In this document: positions 1 through 8,943 of the stretch, in pieces | How positions within the stretch are numbered: the first letter of the stretch is position 1 | Layout: the number at the start of each line of letters is the position of its first letter | NCBI GenBank assembly: GCA_963722605.1 | Contig: CAVRNO010000002.1 | Coordinates: 1,760,178-1,824,177, forward strand | DNA from: Candidatus Binataceae bacterium | GTDB lineage: Bacteria; Desulfobacterota; Binatia; Binatales; Binataceae | DNA length: 64,000 nucleotides | Direction of reading: 5' to 3' | Program-made: the position numbers and the translations under genes | Notes under the pieces: generated by a model | What the model was told of the DNA's origin: nothing | What the model saw: only the letters and a program-made list of their open reading frames with translations | Databases searched by the model: none

Positions 1-2208
1 ATCACGCAGCAGCCGAACCAGCCGCTTGATCAGACGGTGGTCGATGTGGACATCAAATCGATTTACCGGATGGGCTTTTTCGAATCGGTGACCGCGCGCG
101 TGGAGCAGCGCAACGGCCGCAACGTGCTGGTGTACCGGGTGAAGGAGCGCCCGCAAATTACCGACGTCAAGTTCTACGGGATGAAGGAGATTCGGTCGAA
201 CGACGACAAGATCGTCGAGGCGGTGAAGCTGCATCCGGGGGCGATCCTCGATCCGATCGCGGTGAAGGAAACGATCGCCAACGTGACGCAGGTCTACGCG
301 GAAAAGGGCTACACCGACGCCAAAGTGGTCTTCAAGCCGATACCGCAACCCGACAACACGGCGTTCGCCGAATTCGACGTGACCGAGGGAGTGAAGGTCG
401 AGATCACGAAGATCGTGTTCGAGGGCAACAAGGCGTTTTCATCGTCCACTTTGTCCCGCCAGATGGAGACGGCAACCTACAGCAGATTGCTGAGCTGGCT
501 CACCGGATGGGGCGCGCTCGATCAGAAGAAATTGCAGGAGGACGTCGACCGGCTGACGGCGTTTTACTACGACAACGGCTACCTGAACGTGCAGGTTGGG
601 CAGCCGCAGGTGGTGCGCAGCGGCGACCAGATTACGATCGTAATAACCATCGACGAGGGCATCCCGTACCGCGTCGGCCGAATCAACATCGAAGGCAACC
701 TGAAATTTCCGCGCCGCGAACTGCGCAGGCTGCTGACGATCAAGAGCGGGCAACTGTTCCGCGGCTCGACGTTGCAGCGCCAGGTGCTTGCGCTGTCGGA
801 TTTCTACTCGAACCGCGGCTACGCGTACGTCAACATCGATCCGCGCACGCAACTGGTCCACACCACCAAGCGAGTCAACGTGGCTTTCGTGATCAATCCG
901 GGCCACGAAGTGCTCATCGACCGCGTCAATATCACCGGCAACACCAAGACCTCGGACAAGGTAATCCGCCGCGAGATCCAGGTTCAGGAACAGGAGCCGT
1001 ACAGCGCCGAAGAGATCCGGAATTCGAAGCAGCGGCTGGACCGGCTGGGATTCTTCACCGACACCCGCATCACGACCTCGCCGGCGGCGCAGCCCGACAA
1101 GATAAACCTCGACGTGAACGTGACCGAGGGCAACACCGCGTCGTTCCAGGTGGCGGGCGGATTCGACAGCTATCAATCGCTGTTCGGCAACTTTACCCTG
1201 GGCAACACCAACCTGTTCGGCGGCGGCGAATCGATGATCCTCAACGCGCAGGTCGGCTTCCTGTTTCAGAACTACAGCATCAGTTACACCGAGCCGTGGT
1301 TCCTGGACATCCCGCTCGCGGTGGGGCTGCAGTTGTTCGACAACAAAACCTACCTGCTGAGCTTCAACCAGTCGTCGGCAGGCTTCGCCCTGACCACGAC
1401 CTATCCGCTGACCGAGCTCGGCTTCAAGAAGCTGGGGCCGTTACCGCTCAAGGACGTGCAGGCGGGACTGGGCTACTCGTTTCAGAGCATAGGAATCACG
1501 GGGCTGAACCAGTACACGACTTACCAAATCGCACGCTACAAGGGCTACACGCAGACCTCGGAAGTTACCCCGACGATACGCCGCTTCACGGTGGATAATC
1601 CGATCGATCCGCGCACCGGCACCGTCGAGAGTCTGAACCTGCAGCTCGGCGGACTCGGCGGCACCAACGATTTCATCAAGGGCGTCGCGCATTTCCGATA
1701 TTTCTACCCGTTCCTGAAGAGCCAGACGCTGGGAACGTTCGTGGTGTCGCAGGGAATCACCTTCGGCATCGGGACCAACCTGCAAAGCGGGACCGGCGGC
1801 GAGCTGCCGCTGTACGAGCGATTCTTTCCCGGCGGCGTCGGCGGTCCCGGCGACGTGCGCGGCTATCAGCTCTATTCGTTGGGACCGCAGGTGACGCTGT
1901 ACAACAAGAACGGCACTCCGTCCAGCGTCCAGGACATCGGCGGCAGCAAGGAATTGTTGCTGAGCAACGAAATCACCTTCCCGATACTGTCGGGATTGGG
2001 AATCCGCGGGGTGGTGTTCAGCGACGCGGGGCAATCGTTCCTGCTCAAGGATTCGATCGCCATCGACAAGCTGCAGGCGTCGTTTGGATTCGGCGTGCGC
2101 TGGAAATCGCCGTTCGGGCCACTGGCGGTGGACATCGCTTTCCCGATCAACCCGCGGCCGGCCGACCAGAGCACCGTCTTCGAAATCGGAGCCGGCTCCC
2201 CGCTCTAG
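1..2208 (+). CDS. bamA: Outer membrane protein assembly factor BamA (5' end lies upstream of the window)
   Basis: Frame 1 is open from base 1, with no stop before the ATG at 37, so the start is off-window. The translation shows POTRA-like repeats followed by a long beta-barrel region. The gene sits directly upstream of skp-fabZ-lpxA, the conserved bamA context. Confidence 0.9.
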   Translation: MTQQPNQPLDQTVVDVDIKSIYRMGFFESVTARVEQRNGRNVLVYRVKERPQITDVKFYGMKEIRSNDDKIVEAVKLHPGAILDPIAVKETIANVTQVYAEKGYTDAKVVFKPIPQPDNTAFAEFDVTEGVKVEITKIVFEGNKAFSSSTLSRQMETATYSRLLSWLTGWGALDQKKLQEDVDRLTAFYYDNGYLNVQVGQPQVVRSGDQITIVITIDEGIPYRVGRINIEGNLKFPRRELRRLLTIKSGQLFRGSTLQRQVLALSDFYSNRGYAYVNIDPRTQLVHTTKRVNVAFVINPGHEVLIDRVNITGNTKTSDKVIRREIQVQEQEPYSAEEIRNSKQRLDRLGFFTDTRITTSPAAQPDKINLDVNVTEGNTASFQVAGGFDSYQSLFGNFTLGNTNLFGGGESMILNAQVGFLFQNYSISYTEPWFLDIPLAVGLQLFDNKTYLLSFNQSSAGFALTTTYPLTELGFKKLGPLPLKDVQAGLGYSFQSIGITGLNQYTTYQIARYKGYTQTSEVTPTIRRFTVDNPIDPRTGTVESLNLQLGGLGGTNDFIKGVAHFRYFYPFLKSQTLGTFVVSQGITFGIGTNLQSGTGGELPLYERFFPGGVGGPGDVRGYQLYSLGPQVTLYNKNGTPSSVQDIGGSKELLLSNEITFPILSGLGIRGVVFSDAGQSFLLKDSIAIDKLQASFGFGVRWKSPFGPLAVDIAFPINPRPADQSTVFEIGAGSPL

Positions 2209-2364
2209 CCGCGATCGATTTTTTCGGCATTGGGCGGCGATGAGGGCGTGGGCAACTGGATTTGATGCTCGATGAAGTACTATTGTGTATAGTTCACATG
2301 CACGAGCGATGCGCCGTGAGGACGCGTCCGAGGCAGGTAGTCAACAGGAGGCTTTCCGGGCTGT

Positions 2365-3015
2365 ATGAGGCAACGGTTGTTCATCGGTGCGTTGTTCGGT
2401 GCGTTCCTTGCGGTGATATCCGCGGCAGTTCCCGCGCATGCCGACCTGAAGTTCGCCTATGTTGACGTACAGCGAGCGCTCAATGAGTGCGACGCCGGCA
2501 AGCGGGCCAAGGCCGAATTCCAGGGCAAGGTCACGTCGGTGGAGGCGAAACTGCAGCGGCAGCAGAATGAGGTCCAGTCCCTCAAGGATGAAATGGAAAA
2601 GAAGGGCATGCTGATGAACCAGGATCAGCGCCAAAGCCTGCAGGACCAGTACATGGAAAAGCTCAAGAACTTCGAGCGCGACTACAAGGACTCGAAGGAC
2701 GAGTTACAGGCCAAGGACCAGGAGGTCACGGCGAAAATCGTGCATGACCTTGCGCAAGTCATCCGCACGCTGGGAGAGCGCGACGGCTACACGATGGTGA
2801 TGGAGAAGGGATCGATCCTGTGGGGTGCCCCGGGCATCGATATTACCGACCAGGTAATCCGCAATTACAACGCGATGCACGTGGCGATTGGCTCGGTCGG
2901 CGAAGCCGCCGGCGGCGGGGTATCGCGCGCGAGCGTCCAGCGCGAGCAGGCCGGCGCGCCGGCTCCGTCGGATTTCGGCGCGGCGGCGGCCAAGCGGTCG
3001 ACGATCTCGAAGTAG
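2365..3015 (+). CDS. skp: Periplasmic chaperone Skp/OmpH family
   Basis: Signal-like N-terminus (LFIGALFGAFLAVISAAVPAHA) followed by a long charged coiled-coil (KAEFQGK...QRQQNEVQSLKDEMEKK). Located immediately after bamA. Confidence 0.8.
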   Translation: MRQRLFIGALFGAFLAVISAAVPAHADLKFAYVDVQRALNECDAGKRAKAEFQGKVTSVEAKLQRQQNEVQSLKDEMEKKGMLMNQDQRQSLQDQYMEKLKNFERDYKDSKDELQAKDQEVTAKIVHDLAQVIRTLGERDGYTMVMEKGSILWGAPGIDITDQVIRNYNAMHVAIGSVGEAAGGGVSRASVQREQAGAPAPSDFGAAAAKRSTISK

Positions 3016-3049
3016 GCCGCTCAAAACCAGGTGCGCGAAGTAATTCCCG

Positions 3050-3505
3050 GTGTCTGACGACGCAAAGGTCGCGGAGCTTGGGCGGGTGTTGAGGCTGCTG
3101 CCTCATCGCTATCCGTTTCTGCTGGTCGATCGCATCCTGGAACTGGTCAAGGGCCGCATCGTAACCATCAAGAACGTCAGCTTCAACGAACCGTACTTCG
3201 CGGGGCATTTTCCGGGTCGTCCGGTGATGCCGGGGGTGTTGATCGTCGAGGCGCTGGCGCAGTCGGGGGCGATCCTGGCGCTCAATGAAGTGGGCGCGGA
3301 CCCGGCACCCCTGTTCATGCTGACCGGACTGGACAAAGTGCGCTTTCGCCGCCGCGTAATCCCGGGCGATCAGCTGCGGATGGAAGTGAAGATTCTGAAA
3401 TTTCATCGTCCGTTGTGGCGGATGCAGGCGGTAGCCCGCGTCGGCGACGAATTGGCGGCCCAGGCGGAATTTTCCGCGATGGAAGTCGAGGAGCAAGTCC
3501 GATAG
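3050..3505 (+). CDS. fabZ: 3-hydroxyacyl-ACP dehydratase FabZ
   Basis: Carries LPHRYPFLLVDRI and GHFPGRPVMPGVLIVEALAQ hot-dog dehydratase motifs. Length of 151 aa fits the family. Confidence 0.9.
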   Translation: MSDDAKVAELGRVLRLLPHRYPFLLVDRILELVKGRIVTIKNVSFNEPYFAGHFPGRPVMPGVLIVEALAQSGAILALNEVGADPAPLFMLTGLDKVRFRRRVIPGDQLRMEVKILKFHRPLWRMQAVARVGDELAAQAEFSAMEVEEQVR

Positions 3506-4296
3506 CGGGCCGAATCCATCCCTCCGCGGTCATCGACCGGCGGGCCGAACTCGACCCGAGCGTCGAAGTCGGTCCGGGCGCGGTGATCGGCCCGGAGGTC
3601 AAGATAGGGGCCGGCAGCGTGATTGGGCCCTGCGCGATGATCGAGCGCAATACCACGATCGGCGAGCGCAATCGCATCTGGCAGTTCGCCGCCATCGGCG
3701 CCGAACCGCAGGACCTCAAATTCAAGGGCGAGCCGTCAGTCGTGGAAATCGGCGACGACAACATGATTCGCGAGTTCGCGACCATTCACCGCGGCACCGA
3801 AGGCGGCGGGATGATCACGAAAGTCGGCAGTCACACGCTGGTGATGACGTACGCGCACATCGCGCACGACTGCATCATCGGCGACCACGTGATCCTGGCG
3901 GCGTGCACGGGGCTGGCCGGCCACTGCGCGATCGAGGAGTACGCGATTTGCGAGGGCCAGGTCGGGGTGCATCAGTTCAGCCGCATCGGCACTCACGCGA
4001 TCGTGGCGGCAGGCGCCAAGGTGGCGCAGGACGTGCCGCCGTACTCGATGGTGGCGGGAACCGAGCGCGCGCGGCTGGCGGGCGTCAACGAAGTCGGGCT
4101 GCAGCGGCGCGGCTTCAAGCCCGAAACGATCGCGGCGCTCAAGTCCGCGATCCGCACGCTGTTTTTCTCGAAGCTGCTGCGCGACGATGCGGTGAAGCAG
4201 GTCCTGGACGAGTACGGTTCGGTTGCCGAGGTGCGCCGGCTGGTTGAGTTCATAAACAACTCGAAGCGCGGAGTCGTCGGCCGCGAGCGTGAATAA
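3415..4296 (+). CDS. lpxA: Acyl-ACP--UDP-GlcNAc O-acyltransferase LpxA (start uncertain)
   Basis: Hexapeptide-repeat beta-helix sequence with an LpxA-type C-terminal helical region. The family-typical N-terminus IHPSAVID begins near 3514, but no ATG/GTG/TTG lies in frame between 3415 and that point. The ATG at 3415 overlaps fabZ by 91 nt. Confidence 0.85.
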   Translation: MADAGGSPRRRRIGGPGGIFRDGSRGASPIAGRIHPSAVIDRRAELDPSVEVGPGAVIGPEVKIGAGSVIGPCAMIERNTTIGERNRIWQFAAIGAEPQDLKFKGEPSVVEIGDDNMIREFATIHRGTEGGGMITKVGSHTLVMTYAHIAHDCIIGDHVILAACTGLAGHCAIEEYAICEGQVGVHQFSRIGTHAIVAAGAKVAQDVPPYSMVAGTERARLAGVNEVGLQRRGFKPETIAALKSAIRTLFFSKLLRDDAVKQVLDEYGSVAEVRRLVEFINNSKRGVVGRERE

Positions 4297-5104
4297 GCTC
4301 GGGCTCATCGCGGGCAACGGCGTCTTCCCGCTCGAAGTGGCGCGCGCCGCACGCCAGCGCGGAATAAAAGTCATCGCCGTCGCGCACCTTAACGAAAGCG
4401 ATCGCGCGCTCGACTCGGTGGCCGACGAAATCACCTGGATCAAAGTCGGCGAGCTGCAAAAAATAATCGACGTTTTCAAAAGCGCCGGAGTCTCCGAGGC
4501 CGCGATGGCCGGCGGCATCTCGCGCGCGCGGCTGAAGGATTCTTTCGCGCCCGATGCCCGCGCGCTCAAGATGCTCGCGGGCATCGGACGCTTCAGCGAC
4601 GACGCTGTGCTCCGCGGCGTCGCGCGTGAAGTCGAAACCGAAGGAATCAAGATGATCGACCCGCTCCCGATGGTCGAGCATTGGCTCGCGCGCGCAGGCG
4701 TCGGCGCCGGACCCGCGCCGACCGCTGCGCAAATCCGCGATCTCGAGCTCGCGTTCGCGGTCGCGCGCCGGATCGGCGCCTACGACATCGGCCAGACGGT
4801 CGCGGTCCGCGACGGGATGGTCGCTGCGGTGGAAGCGCTGGAAGGAACCGACGCCGCGCTGCGCCGCGCTGCCGCGCTGGTGGGCGCGGGCCTGGTGGTG
4901 GCCAAGGCGGCCAAACCGGGCCAGGACCTGCGCTTCGATCGCCCCGCGATTGGCCCGGCCACGGTGCGATTGCTCGCCGAGATCGGCGCGGCGATGCTGG
5001 GCGTCGAAGCCGGGGTCGCGCTGATTCTGGAACGCGAGCGCACGCTCGAGCTCGCGCGCGCGAAAAACGTGACGTTATACGGTTATGCCCAAGCCGGCGG
5101 TTGA
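4289..5104 (+). CDS. lpxI: UDP-2,3-diacylglucosamine pyrophosphatase LpxI (DUF1009 family)
   Basis: N-terminus LGLIAGNGVFPLEVARAARQRG and overall DUF1009-like sequence. Positioned between lpxA and lpxB. The GTG start overlaps the lpxA stop. Confidence 0.75.
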   Translation: MNKLGLIAGNGVFPLEVARAARQRGIKVIAVAHLNESDRALDSVADEITWIKVGELQKIIDVFKSAGVSEAAMAGGISRARLKDSFAPDARALKMLAGIGRFSDDAVLRGVAREVETEGIKMIDPLPMVEHWLARAGVGAGPAPTAAQIRDLELAFAVARRIGAYDIGQTVAVRDGMVAAVEALEGTDAALRRAAALVGAGLVVAKAAKPGQDLRFDRPAIGPATVRLLAEIGAAMLGVEAGVALILERERTLELARAKNVTLYGYAQAGG

Positions 5105-6047
5105 GCTGCGCGCCGCAGTGATTGGCGCGGGCCGCCTCGGCTCGCTGCACGCGCGCAAGTACGCCGCCATTTCGGGAATCAAGCTCGCACACGTCGTCGA
5201 TATCGACGCCGGGCGGGCGCGGGCCCTAGCGGCGGAAGTGGGCGCAACGCCGCTGGCCGACTACCGGATGCTGGCGGGCAAGGTGGACTTGGTGACGGTC
5301 GCGTCGCCCGGCGTGACGCATCATGAGATCGCATCGGCGATGCTGAAATCGGGCGTCGACGTGCTGCTGGAAAAGCCGATGGCCGAGACGCTGGTCCAGG
5401 CGCGCGAACTGGCCGGGCTGGCGTCGATGAGCGGCCGCATTCTTCAGATTGGCCACCTCGAGCGCTTCAATCCGGCGGTCGTCCATCTGCATTCGATCGT
5501 GAAAAATCCTCGCTTCGTGGAATGCCATCGGCTCGCGCCGTTCACCGAGCGCGGCACCGACGTGGACGTGGTGCTCGATCTGATGGTGCACGACCTCGAC
5601 GTGATCCTGTCGGTGGCGCCGTCGGAAGTCGCGTCGCTGGAGGCGGTCGGCGTCGCGATCCTTACCGATCGAATCGACCTCGCCAACGCGCGCATCCGCT
5701 TCCAGAGCGGCCTCATCGCCAATCTGGTCAGCAGCCGCGTGGCGGCCCGGCGCGAACGCAAGATTCGCTTCTTCCAGCGCGACGCGTACATCTCGGTCGA
5801 TTACGAGGCGCGCAGCATCCAGATGTATCGCAGAACTCCGCCGGCGCCGGGCGCGCAGTTCCCCACCATCTCGGCGGAGCAGATCGATTTCGGTGAAGGC
5901 GATCCGCTCGCCGACGAGGTCAATGCGTTCGTCGATTCCGTTCGCAGCAGGTCCACCCCGGCCGTCAGCGCCGAGGACGGACTGCGCGTGATGGAACTGA
6001 CCGAGAGAATCAAGGAAGTGATGCTGACGGATTCGGTCGCGCCTTGA
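5085..6047 (+). CDS. Gfo/Idh/MocA family NAD-dependent oxidoreductase
   Basis: N-terminal Rossmann motif (AAVIGAGRLGSLHARKY) and the EKP motif (LLEKPMA). Embedded in the lpx cluster. Confidence 0.75.
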   Translation: MPKPAVELRAAVIGAGRLGSLHARKYAAISGIKLAHVVDIDAGRARALAAEVGATPLADYRMLAGKVDLVTVASPGVTHHEIASAMLKSGVDVLLEKPMAETLVQARELAGLASMSGRILQIGHLERFNPAVVHLHSIVKNPRFVECHRLAPFTERGTDVDVVLDLMVHDLDVILSVAPSEVASLEAVGVAILTDRIDLANARIRFQSGLIANLVSSRVAARRERKIRFFQRDAYISVDYEARSIQMYRRTPPAPGAQFPTISAEQIDFGEGDPLADEVNAFVDSVRSRSTPAVSAEDGLRVMELTERIKEVMLTDSVAP

Positions 6048-6078
6048 CGCTTCCCGTCCGCTGCGACAGCATCGATTT

Positions 6079-6531
6079 GTGATACGTCCGCTCAGGCACA
6101 AGCTGCTCGCCGGTTTGGTGCTCGCAGCCGGCGCCGCTGCGTTTCTCATCTTCTTCGCGGCCCCGGATTGCACAACGGTGACCGGCAGCAACGAAGTTAC
6201 CATCGACGTGTCCGCGATGCGTCCCGGCAGCGCGCGCCTTTTCTCTTACACCGACGACGCGGGCAAGCGGCTGCGCTTCGTGCTCGCGCGCGGGCGCGAC
6301 GGCAAGTTGCGCTCGGTGTTCGACGCATGCCGCCAGTGCTCCGCGTTCCATCGCGGCTACCGGGTGGTTAAGGGCGAACTGATTTGCCGGGTGTGCGGCA
6401 ATCACTACCCGATCGATCGGATGACTGAAGGCAAGGCGTCATGCGTGCCTGTCGGCTTGCCGCACGAGGACGATTCCGGAATCGTCCACATCAAGACCGC
6501 AGACCTCAAAGCCGCAAGCGCGCTCTTCTGA
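6079..6531 (+). CDS. Membrane-anchored CxxC...CxxC protein, DUF2318-like
   Basis: One N-terminal TM helix followed by CRQC....CRVCGNHYPID, a four-Cys ribbon. The family assignment is from memory of the DUF2318 pattern only. Confidence 0.45.
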   Translation: MIRPLRHKLLAGLVLAAGAAAFLIFFAAPDCTTVTGSNEVTIDVSAMRPGSARLFSYTDDAGKRLRFVLARGRDGKLRSVFDACRQCSAFHRGYRVVKGELICRVCGNHYPIDRMTEGKASCVPVGLPHEDDSGIVHIKTADLKAASALF

Positions 6532-6688
6532 CTATTTGAGTAGCTATTGCAAGATCATGGTTGATATTCGCTCGATCGGATTGGCAACGGATATATAGCC
6601 AACAGGGATACAATATGAGTATTCACTGTGACCTCAGATCTTTCGCCATCATCGTTGCAACGACGGCGAGCCTGTTCGCGGCCGGCGG

Positions 6689-7213
6689 ATGCCACCGCGG
6701 CTCGACCCGGGCGGCGCGCCCGCTTTGAGCTGCCTCACCGATACCAGGCTCGTCGATCAGAACGGCAACCAGATCTCGCTCGCGTCGCTCAAGGGCAAAC
6801 CGCTGGTGGTGGATTTCATCTATACCTCGTGCGCGGGGGAGTGCCGGATGGAGACGGCGAAGTTCGCAAATATCGCGCAGCGGCTGGGGCCCGACCTCGG
6901 TTCCAAGATCACGCTCGTTTCGATCACTGTCGATCCCGAGCATGACGGCCCCAAGCAATTGCTCGATTACGCACGTAAGCAGGGGGCGGACGAGAAAGGA
7001 TGGTATTTCCTGACCGGAGCTCCCCGGGACATCGACAAAGCGCTGGCGGGTTTCGAGCTCACCCGGGAAGTCATGCCGGACGGTTCGGTCGGCCACCTGG
7101 TCGATATGATGCTGCTGGGACCGGACGGGCGGTTGGTGCGTGAATACAACGGCGATATCGTAAAAGCCCAGGATATCGTCGATGACGCCAGAAAGAGCCT
7201 GAACCAGAGTTGA
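6689..7213 (+). CDS. SCO1/SenC family thioredoxin-like copper chaperone (N-terminus may be frame-disrupted)
   Basis: Contains GKPLVVDFIYTSCAGEC (CxxxC) and a downstream conserved His (VGHLVD). A lipoprotein-type signal peptide (MSIHCDLRSFAIIVATTASLFAAGGC) is encoded at 6615-6728 in a different frame. Confidence 0.8.
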   Translation: MPPRLDPGGAPALSCLTDTRLVDQNGNQISLASLKGKPLVVDFIYTSCAGECRMETAKFANIAQRLGPDLGSKITLVSITVDPEHDGPKQLLDYARKQGADEKGWYFLTGAPRDIDKALAGFELTREVMPDGSVGHLVDMMLLGPDGRLVREYNGDIVKAQDIVDDARKSLNQS

Positions 7214-7308
7214 GAGACGCAGCATGAGGCGAGCAATCATTCTCGGCTCCCCGCTTGCCGCGATTATAGTGCTGGCATATCTGTGGTCGACGCTTCGGCG
7301 GTTCGTCG

Positions 7309-7689
7309 GTGGATGACGGCGGCCCGCGCGCGATGATGTGCATCGCGGGTCATTGCTGCTGCGCGAGGCGGACGGGGGCGCACACTCTCGCGGCCAACGG
7401 GGCGCAGCATCGTTTGACGCTCGATCCAAGCCAGTTCATCGGTCCGGTAAAGCAAGCGTACGAATTTGCGCAGAAAAATCCCACGCTGCTGGCGCAACTG
7501 CATTGCTATTGCGGATGTGACGTAAGCAACGGTCATCAGAATCTGCTCGATTGTTATCGCGACCGCCATGGCGAGACCTGCCAACTCTGCACCGAGGAGG
7601 CCTTGCTGGCCCAGCAGATGTCGGAGCAGGGTTCAACGGTGGATCAGATACGCGACGCGATCCGCAGGCGGTTGGTTCCCGCCAGATGA
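7309..7689 (+). CDS. CYCXC (PCYCGC-motif) family metal-binding protein (N-terminus uncertain)
   Basis: Contains LHCYCGCDVSNGHQNLLDCY...CQLCTEEA. A TM anchor (MRRAIILGSPLAAIIVLAYLW) is encoded at 7224-7316 in another frame. Confidence 0.6.
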   Translation: MDDGGPRAMMCIAGHCCCARRTGAHTLAANGAQHRLTLDPSQFIGPVKQAYEFAQKNPTLLAQLHCYCGCDVSNGHQNLLDCYRDRHGETCQLCTEEALLAQQMSEQGSTVDQIRDAIRRRLVPAR

Positions 7690-7743
7690 ATCACACGGGC
7701 GGGGCTATTTGCGCCGTCGCGTTTTTCAATCACAATCCCTTCG

Positions 7744-8943
7744 ATGCCGTTGAATGCCGAAGCGCCGCCGCTTGATCAACGCCTGAAAGAGACCAAACGC
7801 CCCCGCCGCATCATGATCGTTGCCGGCGAGGCGTCGGGCGATCTTCATGGCGGCGATCTGGCGCGCGAAATTCTCGCGCGCGATCCGTCGTGCGAGCTGT
7901 TCGGAATTGCGGGCGAGAAGATGCGCGCGGCCGGGGTGCGCGCGATCGTCGCCACCGAGGACATCCACGGGCTGGGACTTCTGGAACTGGCCTCCACCAT
8001 TGGGCGCACGATCGGCGCGTTTCGCGCTCTGCGTCGAATCATCAGGCGGGATAAGCCGGACCTTGTGATCCTGATTGACTACGCGGAGTTCAACCTGATG
8101 CTCTCCGGCACGGCCCGGCGCGCGGGCGTGCCCGTGCTCTACTACATCACCCCGCAGGTCTGGGCGTGGCGTCGCGGCCGAATCGACAAGCTGGTGGATC
8201 GCGCGGACCGCCTCGCGGTGGTGCTGCCGTTCGAGGCCGAGCTATTCCATCGCGCGGGCGAGCGCGTTTCATTCGTAGGCCATCCGCTGCTCGATCGGAT
8301 CGCCACGGTCCACAGCCGCGAGGAGACGCTCAAGCGCCACGGATTCCCGCCGCGCGCGCGAATCATCTCGATCCTGCCGGGCAGCCGGCGCGCCGAAGTT
8401 CGCTACCTGCTGAATCCGATGGTCAAGGCGGCGCGGATTGTCGCGCGCGATCATGACCTTGAAATAGTGCTCGCGCTGGCGCCGACCCTGACCCCCGCCG
8501 AACTCGCCGAGGTCGGACGCACGGACCTGGCCGGAATCAGGATTGTCGAGCGCGACACCTACGACCTTGTCGCGGCGAGCGAGCTCGCGCTGGTCGCGTC
8601 GGGGACCGCCACGCTGGAGACGGCGCTGCTCGGATGCCCCGAAGTTATCGCCTACAAAGTGTCGCCGCTTACCTATATCCTAGGACGGATGCTGGTGACG
8701 GGAGTCGATTTTATCGGGATGCCGAATATCCTGGCGGGCCGCCAAATCGTGCCCGAGCTGATCCAGGGCGGCGTGACTGCGGACAAGCTGGTGCGAGCCG
8801 CCGAGCCGCTCTTGAGCCGCACCATACGCGCGGAAACGGTGGCCGCGCTCAAGGCCTTGCGCGAGAAGCTCGGATCACCGGGAGCGGCGGGACGAGTCGC
8901 GGCGATCGCGCTCGAAATGATCGCGTCCAGGATGCCCGCATGA
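7744..8943 (+). CDS. lpxB: Lipid-A-disaccharide synthase LpxB
   Basis: N-terminal IMIVAGEASGDLHGGDLA motif, 399 aa, in lpx cluster context. Confidence 0.9.
   Translation: MPLNAEAPPLDQRLKETKRPRRIMIVAGEASGDLHGGDLAREILARDPSCELFGIAGEKMRAAGVRAIVATEDIHGLGLLELASTIGRTIGAFRALRRIIRRDKPDLVILIDYAEFNLMLSGTARRAGVPVLYYITPQVWAWRRGRIDKLVDRADRLAVVLPFEAELFHRAGERVSFVGHPLLDRIATVHSREETLKRHGFPPRARIISILPGSRRAEVRYLLNPMVKAARIVARDHDLEIVLALAPTLTPAELAEVGRTDLAGIRIVERDTYDLVAASELALVASGTATLETALLGCPEVIAYKVSPLTYILGRMLVTGVDFIGMPNILAGRQIVPELIQGGVTADKLVRAAEPLLSRTIRAETVAALKALREKLGSPGAAGRVAAIALEMIASRMPA

Noticed and set aside
7314-7316. The TGA ending the small TM-helix ORF could be selenocysteine, since CYCXC proteins are described as a (seleno)protein family.
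   Set aside because: Read-through stays in a frame whose downstream translation (RRPARDDVHRGSLLLREADGG...) lacks the CYCXC domain. The domain is in a different frame, so a frame change explains it better than recoding.
8634-8939. A 102-codon N-terminal extension of msbA suggested by the ORF track.
   Set aside because: It overlaps the conserved 3' end of lpxB and is Arg/Gly-rich. The family-typical start MKLLTPMQWRLFGYLRRY sits at an ATGA overlap with the lpxB stop.
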